DNA of 64,000 nucleotides from Octopus vulgaris (Eukaryota): positions 36,518,001 through 36,582,000 of the forward strand of contig OX597821.1 in assembly GCA_951406725.2 (NCBI GenBank), written 5' to 3'. The notes under the pieces are model-generated. The model did not search any database. It was given only the letters and a program-made list of their open reading frames with translations, and was not told where the DNA came from. Below are positions 28,930-43,796 of this stretch, piece by piece. The stretch's first letter is position 1, and the number at the start of each line of letters is the position of its first letter. The position numbers and the translations under genes are program-made.

Positions 28930-29720
28930 GGTATGCTTCATCACCGCACGCTTGGCAAATACCCTTCTAGAGTGAATCATGAGCAATATTCTTGAAGACC
29001 ATGGTGGCATAGTCAGTATCAGCTGAAGAAATACCCCAAATTTAAGTTTTGCTGATGGTAAAAAAGAAGGGAGGATGAGTTGATTGAATTAATCGGCCAC
29101 TTTCTAAGAGCTTCAGAAAAGTTTTGAATGGAAGTCGGTCTTGAAAAAACGAAACTCGTGATAAAAGCCAACGGTAACGTACCTAAAGACATTTCTGTAC
29201 AAGGAAAGAAACTCGACATAGTGAAACAATTCAAAAAGCTGTGGCAAGAAATAAAGATAAATGCATTAACCAAACTCAGAAAAATACAAAGAGATGGGAG
29301 GAAAAATATCGGAATCTCACGGACACTGGAACTTTCAGTGTTTCCGTTCACATGCGAGAAATGGACTCTGAATGGAGAGATACAAAGAAAGCCTCTGCTA
29401 CAGTAAACAAGATGTTACGGAAACTTCTTAGTCACATTTTCTTGAATCACATAAATGATTCTCAAAACCATTCGACATCACACTGGTCTCCATTCAGGCC
29501 GTGTCACAATGGTGAAGCAAAGAAAGGTGAGATGGTATTGCTTTGTAATAAGATCCAGTGGCTTTACAAATGCCTTTCTCCAATGAACCGTAAAGGAGTT
29601 CAGAAAGGTAGACAGAAGAAAGGATGGAAGGACAATGTCAAGGGACGGACAGACAAATCAGCGGAAACTTGAGCGTTGGCACACAAACGCGGCAGCTGGA
29701 GAAATTTAATGTACAGTGTG
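28930..29720 (+). pseudogene. decayed RTE-type LINE reverse transcriptase C-terminal half
   Basis: NLSFADG (YADD equivalent), MEVGLEKTKLV...LDIVKQFK, FTCEKWTL, KGRQKKGWKDNVK. Confidence 0.75.
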
Positions 29721-29813
29721 TAACCCTTACGACTCCATCGGAAGTTGAGCATCCAAGCGAAGTCATATACTCTTCTCTCACACACCCATAAATGTGCGTG
29801 TGCGTATTGTATG

Positions 29814-29850
<37 letters not shown>

Positions 29851-31574
29851 GTGTGTATATAGATATATATGTGTATATATATGTATGTATGTATATATGG
29901 CTAATATATGTATACATATATGTGTATGTGTGAGTAAAATATGTAGAGAGACAGGCAGACAAACAGAAGAAATCAACAGGATATAGGTGGTCACAATTGA
30001 AAGGAGTAACAATGAAAATGTATTTAAAATCACTAAAAAATAAAATCAACACAACTAAACATAATTAAAGAATGAAATGTAACGTAAAACATAAAATAGA
30101 TTGACAAACAGACAAAAAGACCAACAATATTGTCAAAGAAGCAGATAGTATTATAGGTAAAGAATTACTGAATATAAAGTGTAACAGAGTAGCCAAGAAA
30201 GTAATAAAAGAAAAACAAAATAAATAACAAAAAATTCTTCAACATATAAGGAAAGGAAACCAAATATAAAAATCAACAAGACCTTCACAATCTTGGTGGC
30301 AGCTATACTGATTGATGTTTAAAAATTACTTCTTTTTCTTTTTTCAGTGAGATCCTGACTTAGCTACCTGACTATCATACAAATAACAGTTTTCAACGAG
30401 GCACGTATTCAGATTGAAAAAGTATAAAATATTAGGGGAAAATACAATTAAAAAAATATAGAAAAGGAAGAGAAAGATACTGAAGATAAAAAAAAAACTT
30501 CGTCTACTTTTATAAATTCAGCATAGATGGGAGATATAGTTAAAAGGAAAAGAAAAATCTGACAAAGCTTGTAACACAATAATAAAGAAGTAATTCTGTC
30601 GTCTGTTTTGACATTAAGAAATGGTCGCAGTTGTTTGAAAAGATGTCATTGACTTAAGCCTCTTGAGGTAATTCGTCATTGCTACGTAACTTTGCCCCTG
30701 GCAAAGACAGAGACCTAGATACAAGGATTGGGGTTTATTATTCACGTCTGCACAGAAAGGAATAAAATATAGGCGAGCGATATATGTAATAAATATATGT
30801 ATGAGTAAATGTCAGTGTGTGTGTGTGTGTGTGTGGAGAGAGAGAGAAAGAAAGGAAGAGATTGAGACGGGGGTTTAGACATTTATTTGTAAAGAAGTTA
30901 AACCAACCACAATGTCGGTACAATATAAACAGCGAAAAATACTGAAATAGTATGAATGAAATGAAGCAACGTTAATCGGTATGGAAAGTTACAGGTGAAT
31001 CTGTTATGTATATGTATGCGTATGTATGTACGCAAGCATGTATGTATGTATGTATGTATGTATGTATGTATGTATGTATGTATGTATGTATGTATGTATG
31101 TATGTATGTATGTACGCATGCATGTATCTTTGTATGTATGTATGTATGTATGTATGTATGTATGTATGTATGTATGTATGTATGTATGTACGCATGCATG
31201 TATCTTTGTATGTATGTATGTATGTATGTATGTATTATGTATGTACGCATGCATGTATCTTTGTATGTATGTATGTATGTATGTATGCATCGCAGCACGT
31301 ATGGCAGTTTTTAACTTTCCAATTTTCAAATTAAATATCAGTTTGTTGATATTCGTTATTTATGTATATGTCTGTGTACTAGAAAATTACTCATAGTCTT
31401 AAATATCAATGAGATAATATGTATCTCCACTTAAACTTAGATGTTCTGAAATGATAAACTATGCTGCTATAGATACCATGAGAGAAACTCTTATATTAAT
31501 TTTGGGGGCAAAATGCACTTCTATTTATATCGCTAGAGGGGAGATAAATTCCCACCATCTACAACGCTGAGACT

Positions 31575-31617
31575 ACCAGATCACGTTGTTTCGACATTCC
31601 TTGGTCTCTTCAATGGT
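31575..31617 (-). ncRNA. degenerate type-I hammerhead
   Basis: Reverse complement reads ACCA-TTGAAGA-GAC CAAGGAAT GTC-GAAA-CAACGTGA-TC-TGGT. Confidence 0.55.
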
Positions 31618-33107
31618 GGACGCTCGACCGCTAGAGGTGACTGTGACTCATCTTCCTGACAACGATAAATAGAAAAACAGTGCCAGAACAGGTAATGATG
31701 TTGTGATTAACCAGTGAGATTATTAAAAAAATAATAATTATCTGGTGATAAGATCGTAGTACCTAATAAATTCAATCTGCAACTAGCCTCTGGTTAATTA
31801 ATGTCATACGGGACTTTGTAACCATTATTAGAACCTGAATATAGTGAACTCTACTCTGAAACTGAAAATTCTTTTATATTTACAGGTTATCTGTTTCATC
31901 TAACTAGAAATTTCAGCAAGATCCTCCTCCAAACCTACAGTAAATAGGAAGGGCACATTGATATTTAGGTAAAAGATGGATAATTTTGTGTAAATTACTG
32001 TAGCCAGAAGCATAAAGTAAAGCCAGAAGTTTAAATTCATGCTCCAAGAGGCAACGTGAGTGTTTCTATGTTATATCTCGACCTGCTGTAAATGGTAAAC
32101 TACTACAAATACCCTTTAAATTACTACAATAATCATTATAATAGAGAAAGATTGTTATGTTTAGAACACCTTTGATTATAAATCTGCTCTTTCTGGAATA
32201 TCTACATATATATATATTACAGTAATTTGGCCAGTCTGTTTATTGTTGAAGGATTCTCTCGATTACGTAAGTCTTTTAGGAGTTGATTAAACATCAATAA
32301 GTATTTGACTCTGTTGATTTGTATATGGAGAAATTTAGATCTAGATGCTCTGGTGAAAGTTTTCCGACCCTGTGTTACAAGAAAATGGCGTACACCAGTG
32401 TTAAGCATTTGCGTTTAGCAATCCATGCAATCTAGGCTCCAGACCGTTGGGCTGGTTTACCAGTACGTTACAGAAGCACCGTATCATATTTACAGTTGCT
32501 CAGTATCTTATTGAAACGATTATTCACAAAACCTTTAAATAAAACTAATAGAGAATAAATGTCAAAATTAACAATATAAAATTCGTGAAATGGTACAACT
32601 GATTTGAATAAACCGACATTAGTACGTAGGGTGGGGTTACTTACATTATCAACACCAACAAGATAAATTACAAAGTCGAACCTGCATAATTCTGGCTCAA
32701 AATCTTAAAGGCAACCAAATGTAGACTACATAGTATTTTGGAGAATTCTTTGCTGTGCACGATACTAACCCAGTTTCATTTCAAAAGTACAAACGTACAG
32801 GTGTATATATGGAACAAAAACAAACGAAACAACAACGCAAAGTGAATTATACTAAGCGAAATATCACCTTAATGGTAAATCGCTTCTTTCATTTGATCGA
32901 ATCTTGTCGATTGATTTAAGCCATGATGAAAGTTCTTTTAGACTACCGTGAGTATCTCGTCTTTTTTATGGTTATGTACAACAACATAATCTAATATATG
33001 CTTTCTCTTTTGAGAAATACTTGTCGGGGAGGGTTGTGTCTTTCATGCGACCAAGAAGTTAGAAAAACACATTTAATATAGAAGTTCAGTATACACACAC
33101 ACACACA

Positions 33108-33191
<84 letters not shown>

Positions 33192-33420
33192 TATATAATA
33201 TATATATATACTGCAATAACAATTACAAGGTTTTTAATCACAGATATGTTCTCACATGGCTTACACAGAACAGTTCAAATAGAATGGAAACATTTTTGAA
33301 GTATTTACTTCAAGATGTGAACAAGGATAAGCCTCTATGCGGTCACTCAACTTTCTAATGATAGCAGACAGTTCACTCTGAAAACACACTCTACCATTAT
33401 AAGGAACATAACTAAGAACA

Positions 33421-33752
33421 GGCGCATGGCTCAGTGGTTAGAGCGTCGAGCTTACGATTGTGAGGTTGTGAGCTTGACTCCCGGACCGGGCTGTGTGTTG
33501 TGTTCTTGAGCAAGACACTTTATTTCACGTTGCTCCAGTTCACTCAACTGTAGAAATGAGTTGCGACGTCATTGGTGCCAAGATGTATCGGCCCCTTTGC
33601 CTTTCCCTTGGATAACACTGCTGGCGTGGAGAGGGGAGGCCGGTATGCATGGGCGACTGCTGGTCTTCCATAAACAATCTTGCCCAGACTTGTGCCTGGG
33701 AGGGTAACTTTCTAGGTGCAAACCCATGGTCATTCATGATCGAAGGGGGTCC
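33421..33752 (+). mobile_element. tRNA-derived SINE family D
   Basis: tRNA-like head GGCGCATGGCTCAGTGGTTAGAGCG followed by GTGTTGTGTTCTTGAGCAAGACACTTTA central domain. Confidence 0.75.
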
Positions 33753-34412
33753 CCAACTAAGAACACAAGAATACCCCGTTTAAGCATGAATTTGGTATTT
33801 CTTTATTTCATCTAAGACGCATGTTCATATGTTCGATAATCAAATATGGTAATTTACAAAGATTATTTAGTCATAGTAAACACGTCATTGAACCCTAGGA
33901 GCAGTGGGAATAATGTTGTTAATGTCAAGTTTAAACTGCTATCAGTCAACCCTGAAAGTTATGACCAAGAATGATATTCCAAATTGCCAGTGACCTGCGA
34001 GAATGGACTTGACATTGCTCACCAGCGAATGAAATCCAAATAACCCAGACAACTCAAGAAAGTTACCAGAGAGCCAGACTTGCTCAAGGTGGTTCTGGTT
34101 GACAAGAATCCACAGATAGAACTCTTCCACGAGCAAAAGATAATTCAGTCTTCGCTGCCCAACTCAAGCGAAGTGTAAAATGGGCCGAAATGCCTATGAC
34201 ACTCAAGTACCTGCTGATGATGCGGAAGAGTTTTCGAGATTGCGTTCGGATTCAGACGAAGAGATTGCAATACCTTTGAGTAGCTTCTGAAATTTTTGTG
34301 TGGGACAATGCATCTGTTTATTTCACCAAAGAAATTACAAATTTAAATGAAACGGAAAACAAGTCATGCAACAAAACAAATTAATTATAGATAGACAGAC
34401 TGACAGACATAC

Positions 34413-34487
<75 letters not shown>

Positions 34488-34494
34488 GTATACA

Positions 34495-34527
<33 letters not shown>

Positions 34528-35025
34528 ATATATATATATATACATGTATGTATGTGTATACTTATATATATATATGTATATATATGTATATATATATGTA
34601 TATATGTATATATGTATATATATATATATATATATATACATACATACATACATACATACATACATACATACATACATACATACATACATACATACATACA
34701 TACACACGAATTCATACATGTTTCATTCGTTTTGTTTTTCTCATTTTTACCTGTTAAAGCCTGTCGCCTTGTATCCATGCTCGGCATATATGTGTGAATG
34801 GGCGTGCGTGCGTGCGTGTGAGCCTCTGTCTGTGTGTGTGTGTGTGCGTGTACGTGTGTGTGTATGTGTGTCTATCTGTCTGTCTCCATGCGTACGTGTG
34901 TGTGTGCCTGCGAGGGATAGACAGATAGCCAGACTGACATCAGATACTTCGTTACAGATGGAGTGGAGCATTCGTCTGAACGGTGTATCGGTGTCTTCTG
35001 AATGAAAAATGAGTGAACATGTACA

Positions 35026-35113
<88 letters not shown>

Positions 35114-35115
35114 CA

Positions 35116-35185
<70 letters not shown>

Positions 35186-35285
35186 TATATTTACTGGCAT
35201 GTATATATGTATATATGCATACATATATATACGTACATACATACATTCATACATGCATACATACATACATATATATATACATATT

Positions 35286-35360
<75 letters not shown>

Positions 35361-36124
35361 TTGCTAGTTTTCAGCAGGGAAATTATACGTATGCTCTATG
35401 TTACATTACGTACGTGCCGGCATGTTTAAATGCGAGCAAAAGGGAACCGCACGCATTCATGAGTTCCAGATCATGGGTGCTCTGATATGTGATAGTGTTT
35501 GTCTTCTCTTATAGGGTTCTCATTGGTATTTTGCCACGTAACCTGTATATCCTTTGTATTCTGGGCACGTACAAACCTGGTCCTAGATTTATGGGGAGAG
35601 TAGACAAAAGAGTGTATGTCTATAGAAACTGGGCAGTTTTTAAAGACATCCGTAAAACATACGTACGTTCTCATACGAGCACTTGTACTCTGTGTGTGTG
35701 TCTGTGTGCCGACGCGTGAGATTTTGTGTCAAACATATATATCCGGGTATATAAATCATTCGATTATAGTTTTTTCCAATACACTGCCGACAGTCTATAT
35801 AGTGTTTTATAGCATTTTAGTATTGTGTATGATAATTTATAACTATTTGTGTTCGTGTTCGTGTTTGTAGTTTGTGTACGTGTTAAAGCAAGCTTATGTG
35901 AGGATATATGAATCTGATGTATATATGTGTATGTATGTATACATGTACATATGTACATTTTTATATATATATGTATAATTATTAATAATAGTAGGAATCT
36001 TTTCTACTATAGACGTATGGCCTGAAATTTGCGGAGAGGGGTCTAGTCGATTACATTGACGAAGGTAAAGTCGCCCTCGGCGAAATTTGAACTCAGAATG
36101 CAGCGACGGGCGAAATGCCGCATA

Positions 36125-36260
36125 GAAGAAGAAGAAGAAGAAGAAGAAGAAGAAGAAGAAGAAGAAGAAGAAGAAGAAGAAGAAGAAGAAGAAGAAGAAG
36201 AAGAAGAAGAAGAAGAAGAAGAAGAAGAAGAAGAAGAAGAAGAAGAAGAAGAAGAAGAAG
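36125..36260. repeat. (GAA)n, about 45 units, between two SINE A fragments
   Basis: Visible array. Confidence 0.95.
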
Positions 36261-37284
36261 CCTTTCTATTATAGGCATAAGGGCCTGAAATTTTGGGATT
36301 GGGGTAAGTCGATTACATCGATCACAGTACTTGATTAAGTGAAACATCCATTGATTACTAAAGGGAGAAAATAATATATTTCATACATACTCCACAAGGT
36401 GAAATTACAAAATAGATAATATCTTGAGAGGAGGCCAAGAAACCTAAATAAACCAAGACAAACTGGCCTGACTTCAATAAAGCGAAGTTTGGGAGAGAAA
36501 CATTTATCATATGAGATGAAATTTATGTATGCTAGACGGATATAATCAATATTATCAGAAAGAGCACTCTCGCTGATATTTTATTGCTATATCAGACGCC
36601 ATCCAGAATTATATGCTTTCATTTTTCAAGGAGTAGAGACGGCTACAAAGTACCTGGTCAATTAAGAACCGTCATTTTTTAATAGTAAAAGTCGTTTCAT
36701 GTCATCAGAGATTGTGTCATACCAATGTAGAAGATATTGCCCACAGTATCAACTGTTGTTCTGAAATGGTCTCATGGTAATACCTTCCCTTGAGATATGA
36801 TACTACTGTCCTAACTCTTTATTTATGTTGTCTACAAGGATGATTGTCCCAAAGCCCATAACAAACGCAAAAACCAGATGGACCAAAAAATCTAAAAATA
36901 AAAAATGTTGTTGGGAAGTTTCTGTAAAAAGAGAGAAAAAAATACCTCTGTAGAAAAATAAACTGGATACTTTTCTACAGAACAAGATTCAAACTTCAAG
37001 CATTTCAAGAAGTTCTTTTGAAATGTTTTAAAAAGTACACAACGGGTGTGAATGTGTTGTCTAAAGTCATAGAAAAAGAGAATATCTATGGCGGAACAAT
37101 ACATAAGTTACGCCTCCAAAATCCCATGCGCTTATGGAATACAAAGCAATAAATTTGCACAAATGTCTGGAACTTTTGAGAATTTCTATAAAGACCAAAG
37201 CAAACTAAATCGCTTTCTTTAAATCCACTGGATTAGTGGCGCATCGAAAATTTGCAAATCATTCGAAATATTCTAATATATATA

Positions 37285-37582
37285 CAGCTTGCCTCCCTAC
37301 TATGTGGTTCCTGGGTCAGTCTTACTTCGTGGCACCTTGAGCAAGTGTTTTCTACTACATTCTCGGGCCCACCAAAGTCGACCAAAGCTGATCAAAGCCG
37401 ACCAAAGCCTTGTAAGTGGACTTAGTTGACGGAAACTGAAAGAAACTCGTCGTATATATATATATGTGTGCGTGTTTGTGTGTGTGTATGTTTGTGCGTG
37501 TGTATGTGTGTGTATTTATGGGTATGAGTATATTTGTGTCTGTGTTTGTCTCTCCACCATCGCTTGACAACCGGTGCTGGTT
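37285..37582 (+). mobile_element. partial SINE family B copy
   Basis: GTGGCACCTTGAGCAAGTG...GGAAACTGAAAGAAACTCGTCG...CGCTTGACAACCGGTGCTGG. Confidence 0.75.
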
Positions 37583-37941
37583 TGATAATTTCAAGAAGAG
37601 TATTGGTGCCCATAGCATCATCAAGTATGGAGAAGCAGCGAGTTCTGACACGAAGGCAGCTGAAGATTAATGATATCAATACGGTAATAATAAAGTGTCT
37701 AGCAAGTTCACACCTTTACAGGCAAAAAATTCGCCTTTACAGGCACAATATAAGCTAAATCTAATATCATTGGTAACGGTAATAATACATCTTTATTAAA
37801 CTTATTCTTACTTACATATACGAACGTATACATACATATATATATATGCACGTATGCACAAGACCATTTTAAATTGCCCACCTAAAGCTCGTCGTGCGAT
37901 ATGGTCAAAATACGACCGCAGTGAATATAATGACGAAATAG

Positions 37942-38034
37942 ATATATAAATTTATATAAACAAAGATAAGATCGATATTTAAATACCGATCTTATCAGGT
38001 GGCCAGCATGGGAATAAGTATATCGCATGTTGTG

Positions 38035-38085
<51 letters not shown>

Positions 38086-38385
38086 TATTCCACTGATGAA
38101 GGCAGAGCATTTCTTATGAAGAGTCAGAAATCCGGGATCTGGAATTATCCAGTAATTTTTTCGCTAGATTATTTTGTCTCTTTGTCTTCACTCCTGCTGC
38201 TGTATGAATATTTAATGTGATTTTAGAGTCATGTTTTGAGTGGTATTTCCAGCGTGGTGGTATCTCTTAGATACCCTAAATTATAATTTTAAATAATTAT
38301 TACCTTTGAAGGTATTTATTCCCATGCTGGCCACCTGATAAGATCGGTATTAAAATATCGATCTTATCCTTATTTATATAAATTT

Positions 38386-38390
<5 letters not shown>
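37942..38390 (+). mobile_element. non-coding PLE-like terminus with inverted partial copy and HHR
   Basis: Inverted repeat about 37944-38017/38316-38387; internal and flanking (TA)n. Confidence 0.75.
38087..38145 (+). ncRNA. type-I hammerhead ribozyme
   Basis: ATTCCA-CTGATGA-AGGC...GTCA-GAAA-TCCGGGA-TC-TGGAAT; perfect 6-bp stem I; predicted cut after AUC at 38139. Confidence 0.8.
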
Positions 38391-38440
<50 letters not shown>

Positions 38441-38979
38441 TATATAGTAATTCTGTTGAAGAGATGAAGAGATCAAAGAAAATAGTGGATGATAAAAACA
38501 AGATAATTGATTGCACCACCTCCCAACAACACACTCATGTTTTTACCATCCAATATTTTCTTTCAGCTCTTGCTCAGGCAAGACCCGTTCGCTCCCACAC
38601 TTATTAACAAACCCCAACCCCACCACAGACTCACCCAAATCTCTTATATAGAGAGTCACACAGCACAACACAAACTAAGATCAGTTTGACAATCGCCACC
38701 GACGAATGCCAAAGAGTTCTCCAGAAAAGTTAACAAGGAATCTTTAAAAAAATCTCCCCACCGAAGTTAGATATTGAACTTAGATCTTCAAACTAAACTG
38801 TAAAATTATATTACTAAAAAATTAAATTGGTTAGAACTAACAGTGAAGTCATTCATTTCCTTCTTCAAATATGTGTGTACGCGTGTGTACGTACGTATGT
38901 ATGTATGTATGTATGTATGTATGTATGTATGTATGTATGTATGTATGTATGTATGTATGTATGTATGTATGTATAAAAA

Positions 38980-39186
38980 TGTGACCTCGTTTGTACCGTT
39001 GGCGATTTTTTTCCTCTGTCTTCCCTTCTCTGGATCTTTCCTTCTCCTATGTTTTCGACGAAGAGCTCCGCTCGAAACGTTAAACCCTCCTTCTTTCCTT
39101 CTTTCCTGAGCGTCCAATAATACTATATTTGTTCCACGTCCTCGCGTTGTTGTGTTTTGTTGAGCTTTCTTGTTTGGATTAACTTT
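38980..39186 (+). mobile_element. ~200-bp non-autonomous PLE-like element with HHR-like motif
   Basis: GTTT-TCGACGA-AGAGC TCC GCTC-GAAA-CG-TT-AAAC at 39051-39085. Near-identical copy at 47311-47510; diverged copy at 59700-59884. Confidence 0.7.
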
Positions 39187-39480
39187 ATATACCTATATAT
39201 ATGTATATGTGTGTCCGTATGTGTACGTTTGTGTGAGAGACAGAGAGTGTGAGTGCGTGTGTGTGTGTGTACTATTGTTTAAAACATTGATTCGTTCCAT
39301 GGTTTCGCGGGCTTCTTACTGAAACCTAGCTAAACTCAGATTACCGAAACGAGAAATACAGGAAGTCCTAGGTGGCTACTGGAAAATGGCAGTGTTGAGT
39401 GCTGAGTACCTCTTGCTTTCGTTTGTCCAGTCACTCGTATCTATTTATCTATCTATTTAGCGCACTCTTTATCTCTCCCT

Positions 39481-39546
<66 letters not shown>

Positions 39547-39764
39547 TATATATATATGCACATAGATATATATATAGGAATATATACGATAATGCACGTA
39601 CACAAAGATATCCAAGCACGCGCGTTGTTTGAATATATGTAATATATGATTATATATATATATATAAATATATATATATACATATATATATATGTTTGTG
39701 TGTGTGTGTGTGTGTATGTATGTATATGTATGTATTTATGTATAATATATGAATAATATATGTG

Positions 39765-39805
<41 letters not shown>

Positions 39806-40772
39806 AATATATGAATATGTATGTATATATATACATACATATGTACATATATGTGCGTGTGTGTCTGTGTATGTATGCCTCCATGTATGTATATAATGTA
39901 TGTATGAATGTATGTGTGTACGCATACATATATCCAGACATATACATGTGTGTGTGTGTGCTTGTGTGTGTGTGTCGGAGAGTTTAGAAAAAATAACAGA
40001 TTTATATTTAACACGAATAGCCAAAACTGAAATATATCCCAAGTGTACACTGTTAAGTTAATTTGTCCGCCATGAAAAACGGGCAGTAGCGAAGTAAATA
40101 AACTGGAAAGCAACGTGTTCTGATTTCCAATATCGCTTTGTTTATTAGATGGACTTTTGACAGGCGAGTCGAAGAAGAGAAGTTGAGATCGACTTGATTC
40201 AAGTAAGATAGCATGATAAATGAAAGATAAAAATCAAAAGAGATTTTCACAGATTTCAACAAACCAATAAAACAATAGTTTTTACCCCCTTTTCTACTTC
40301 TATCGAACTAATTTCGAGGAGGTGTCACACACGTATTCTTATAATTGTAATGTCTGAAATAGTCTGAAATTGTCTAAAGAACATAAGATCGAAGTCCATT
40401 TTACACCTAGATAATTCCATTTGAAACAGACATAGGTAAAGTTGTAGTTCATAAATGAAGAAATAAAAATCAAACAAATTGTATATTAGCTAAGAATCAC
40501 GAAACCAAAACAGAAGACGAAAATTGTGTTTAGGGAGATTTTTATAATTGGCTAAATTGGTTTCCGAGAAAGCGTACAATTGTTCTTTTAGTTTTGTTTC
40601 GGAATGTAGTGTGAAAGAATTATTGGATTCTTTGAAATACGTACAAAGACCCCAGTGTTATAAGGAAAGGGAGAATCAGTGTACTGAGGCATTTCTGATT
40701 TCCAAAATATATTGGTAACAGAACGAAATCAAGTTGCGTTTATTAATCAGCAGCTTATCACGTACTGTAGAC

Positions 40773-40876
40773 CAGCGGGCCCCAAACTTTTTCGTAGCAC
40801 AGACTAGTTTCATGTAAGAAATTTTTCCACGAGCAGGGGGACCACGTCCATAACTAAACACAAAAACGTACGTAAG

Positions 40877-40945
<69 letters not shown>

Positions 40946-41077
40946 ATATAATATAGAAGAAATGAGGTACTCAGAAATCTGGATGGTTTTATATTTACAG
41001 ATCTTTATTAGTATGTTACATGTTTTTATAAATCATATATCATATATTAGCGCTTTCGTTCGCTCTAGTGGAGTTGT

Positions 41078-41173
<96 letters not shown>

Positions 41174-41302
41174 CATATATATTACATATATAATGCAAAC
41201 CCCCTGAAGGCGGCATCAGTCAGTAAAATAGAAATAAAATGAAATTATTTTCTGTGCGCTCCAGTACTAAACAATCTACGGTCCGGTAATTGGAGACCCC
41301 TA
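40773..41302. mobile_element. hAT/Charlie-like MITE containing (TA)n and a PLE fragment
   Basis: Ends CAGCGGGCCCCAAAC / AATTGGAGACCCCTA; 8-bp flanks CTGTAGAC and CTGCAAAT differ only by transitions. Confidence 0.6.
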
Positions 41303-41820
41303 CTGCAAATCATTTAACATTGTGTCAAAAACCAATAGATAATTTCTAAGAATGGAACAAGGCACAAGCAAAAGTTTGTGCGAGTTAAACAGTTAATGAA
41401 AGCGTATCAATTCCCGGTGTTATTTATATTATCGACACTGTATGTATAAAAGCTATAAAATCAACTGCAGCGCGATTCGAAGTCGGAAAACAAAAGAATA
41501 TTATGAAATATATAGAGAGACGGAGGCATGGTTGTACAGGTATGGCTTGCAACCAGGTGGCTTAGTGTTCAATCCCACTGCACGACAACTTGAGAAAGGA
41601 TTTTCGAACAGATGAGATCCAGATATTCTCAATATAGAAAACACTTAGTAGCGCTCAAATGATTTGAACTTACACCCCGAAACTTTTTCCGAGTCCCATG
41701 CCCGCAGGGTAAGGGGTGGTTATAAGAGGAATCCAGGTAAGCAAACATGGAGACACTGACGAAAATGAGCAATTGATATACAAAATACATTATTGGTTGC
41801 ATAGACTAGTGACATGTATA

Positions 41821-42050
41821 TTTCTTTACTACCCACAAGGGGCTAAACACAGAGGGGACAAACAAGGACGGACAAACGGATCAAGTCGATTACATCGACC
41901 CCAGTGCGTAACTGGTACTTAATTTATCGACCCCGAAAGGTTGATAGGCAAAGTCGACCTCGGCGGAATTTGAACTCGGAACGTAACGGCAGGCGAAATA
42001 CGGCTACGCATTTCGCCCGGCGTGCTAACGTTTCTGCCAGCTCGCCGCCT
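41821..42050 (-). mobile_element. SINE family A, full length
   Basis: Reverse complement of 2167-2397. Confidence 0.85.
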
Positions 42051-42473
42051 TGTCTGGTGACATATATCTGCCAACATTATGAAGGAACTCCGAGCTCTCA
42101 GAAACAGCTGTTGTATTTGTAACACCATACCTTCAACCCTTTAATTTTCTCTATCTTTGTAGTTAGTAAGTTTGCTCTGCTAATAAATAAATATCTATAT
42201 ATTGGTACTTGGATTATTTTGTTAAGGTTATTTCTACAGATATTCGATAGAAAATATAGCCAGCACTGAAATACCACGTACCTAAGAATCATTAGTAGTT
42301 ATCCTTAAATATTCATCATCTGAAAATTTTCAATCTTTGCTTTCTCTCTATTTACATGTATACATGTATATATATTATGCATATCAAAACCAGGCAGTTT
42401 TATTTGTTTATTTGCATCATTCTCTCTCCCACCTCTCTCTCACTCTCAATTACTTTCTCCCTCCTCTCTCTCT

Positions 42474-42513
<40 letters not shown>

Positions 42514-42538
42514 ATATATATATGTATATATATGTATG

Positions 42539-42600
<62 letters not shown>

Positions 42601-42603
<3 letters not shown>

Positions 42604-42811
42604 ATAAAATAATATGTGACAATTATTCAATGGCCAAGATAAATCTCTGAGTTTCGGATTCCGAGGTGGTGTTGTTGATTTCCACCTCGGCATCCGAAAC
42701 TCAGAGTTTTATCTTGGCTACCGAATAATTGTCACATATTTTATAGATAAATTTCCTCTATTTACATAATATTGAGGTCTCTTTCTTCCTTCTGTTATCT
42801 TACCGTTTTTA

Positions 42812-42814
<3 letters not shown>
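42601..42814 (+). mobile_element. fold-back derivative of the 11687-12890 PLE terminus, in (TA)n
   Basis: Arms 42601-42669/42682-42747; the right part is the reverse complement of about 11690-11835. Confidence 0.85.
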
Positions 42815-42878
<64 letters not shown>

Positions 42879-43153
42879 GTGTGTGTCTGTGTTTGTAAAG
42901 AGAATCCTTCACTTCATATGCATATATGAAGTGGAGGATTCCTCAATACTTTTGCAGAGGACAAATTTAACAAGAACAGCTTAGACAGTGGCTTCGAAGT
43001 TTCGTCCAGCTGAAGCATTATCATCTTGAAAAGGGACACCTAACTTACTTCAAAAATTTGGTCTGCATTGTCACTAATTGTATACCTGTGACATCATGCA
43101 TATCGTCATAGTAACCGACGGAGTGCCAGAACATCCATCCATCCATCCATCCT

Positions 43154-43384
43154 ATTTCTTTATTACCCACAAGGGGCTTAACACAGAGGGGACAAACAAG
43201 GACAGACATAGGTATTAAGTCGATTACATCGACCCCAGTGCGTAACTGGTACTTAATTTATCGACCCCGAAAGGATGAAAGGCAAAGTCGACCTCGGCGG
43301 AATTCGAACTCACAACGTAACGCAGACGGAATACCGCTAAGCATTTCGCCCGGCGTGCTAACGTTTCTGCCAGCTCGCCGCCTT
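43154..43384 (-). mobile_element. SINE family A, full length, in (CATC)n
   Basis: Reverse complement of 2167-2397. Confidence 0.85.
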
Positions 43385-43796
43385 TCATCCATCCATCCAT
43401 CCATCCATCCAGCCAGCCATCCAGCCATCCATACATACATACATACATACATACATACATACATACATACATACATACATACATACGTTCGCATATACGT
43501 ACGTTAAGTACGATCTGATTATAATGCCTTTTGACACTGTGTACATGTGATTGAGCGTCACTGATGGATATGTATGCGAGTTGAAGAGTAAGAATATGTC
43601 ACTGAAAAGGTCATGTGTAGAGAGGAAAGAACTTTGACTAACAACTGATTGATTATTAAATCATCACAGTAAACGATCAAAAAAACAATCGATTAGTTAG
43701 CTGGTTAAATATTTAACCGATTGAGGAAAAATTTTAAAAAGCGGTATCGAACCATTGCGTGTCGTTATTTGCATTGTTATTAACAGAAGGATATTA

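Noticed and set aside
33930-34290. Moderately GC-rich coding-like stretch
   Set aside because: Stops in all forward frames and no recognisable motif; would need BLASTX.
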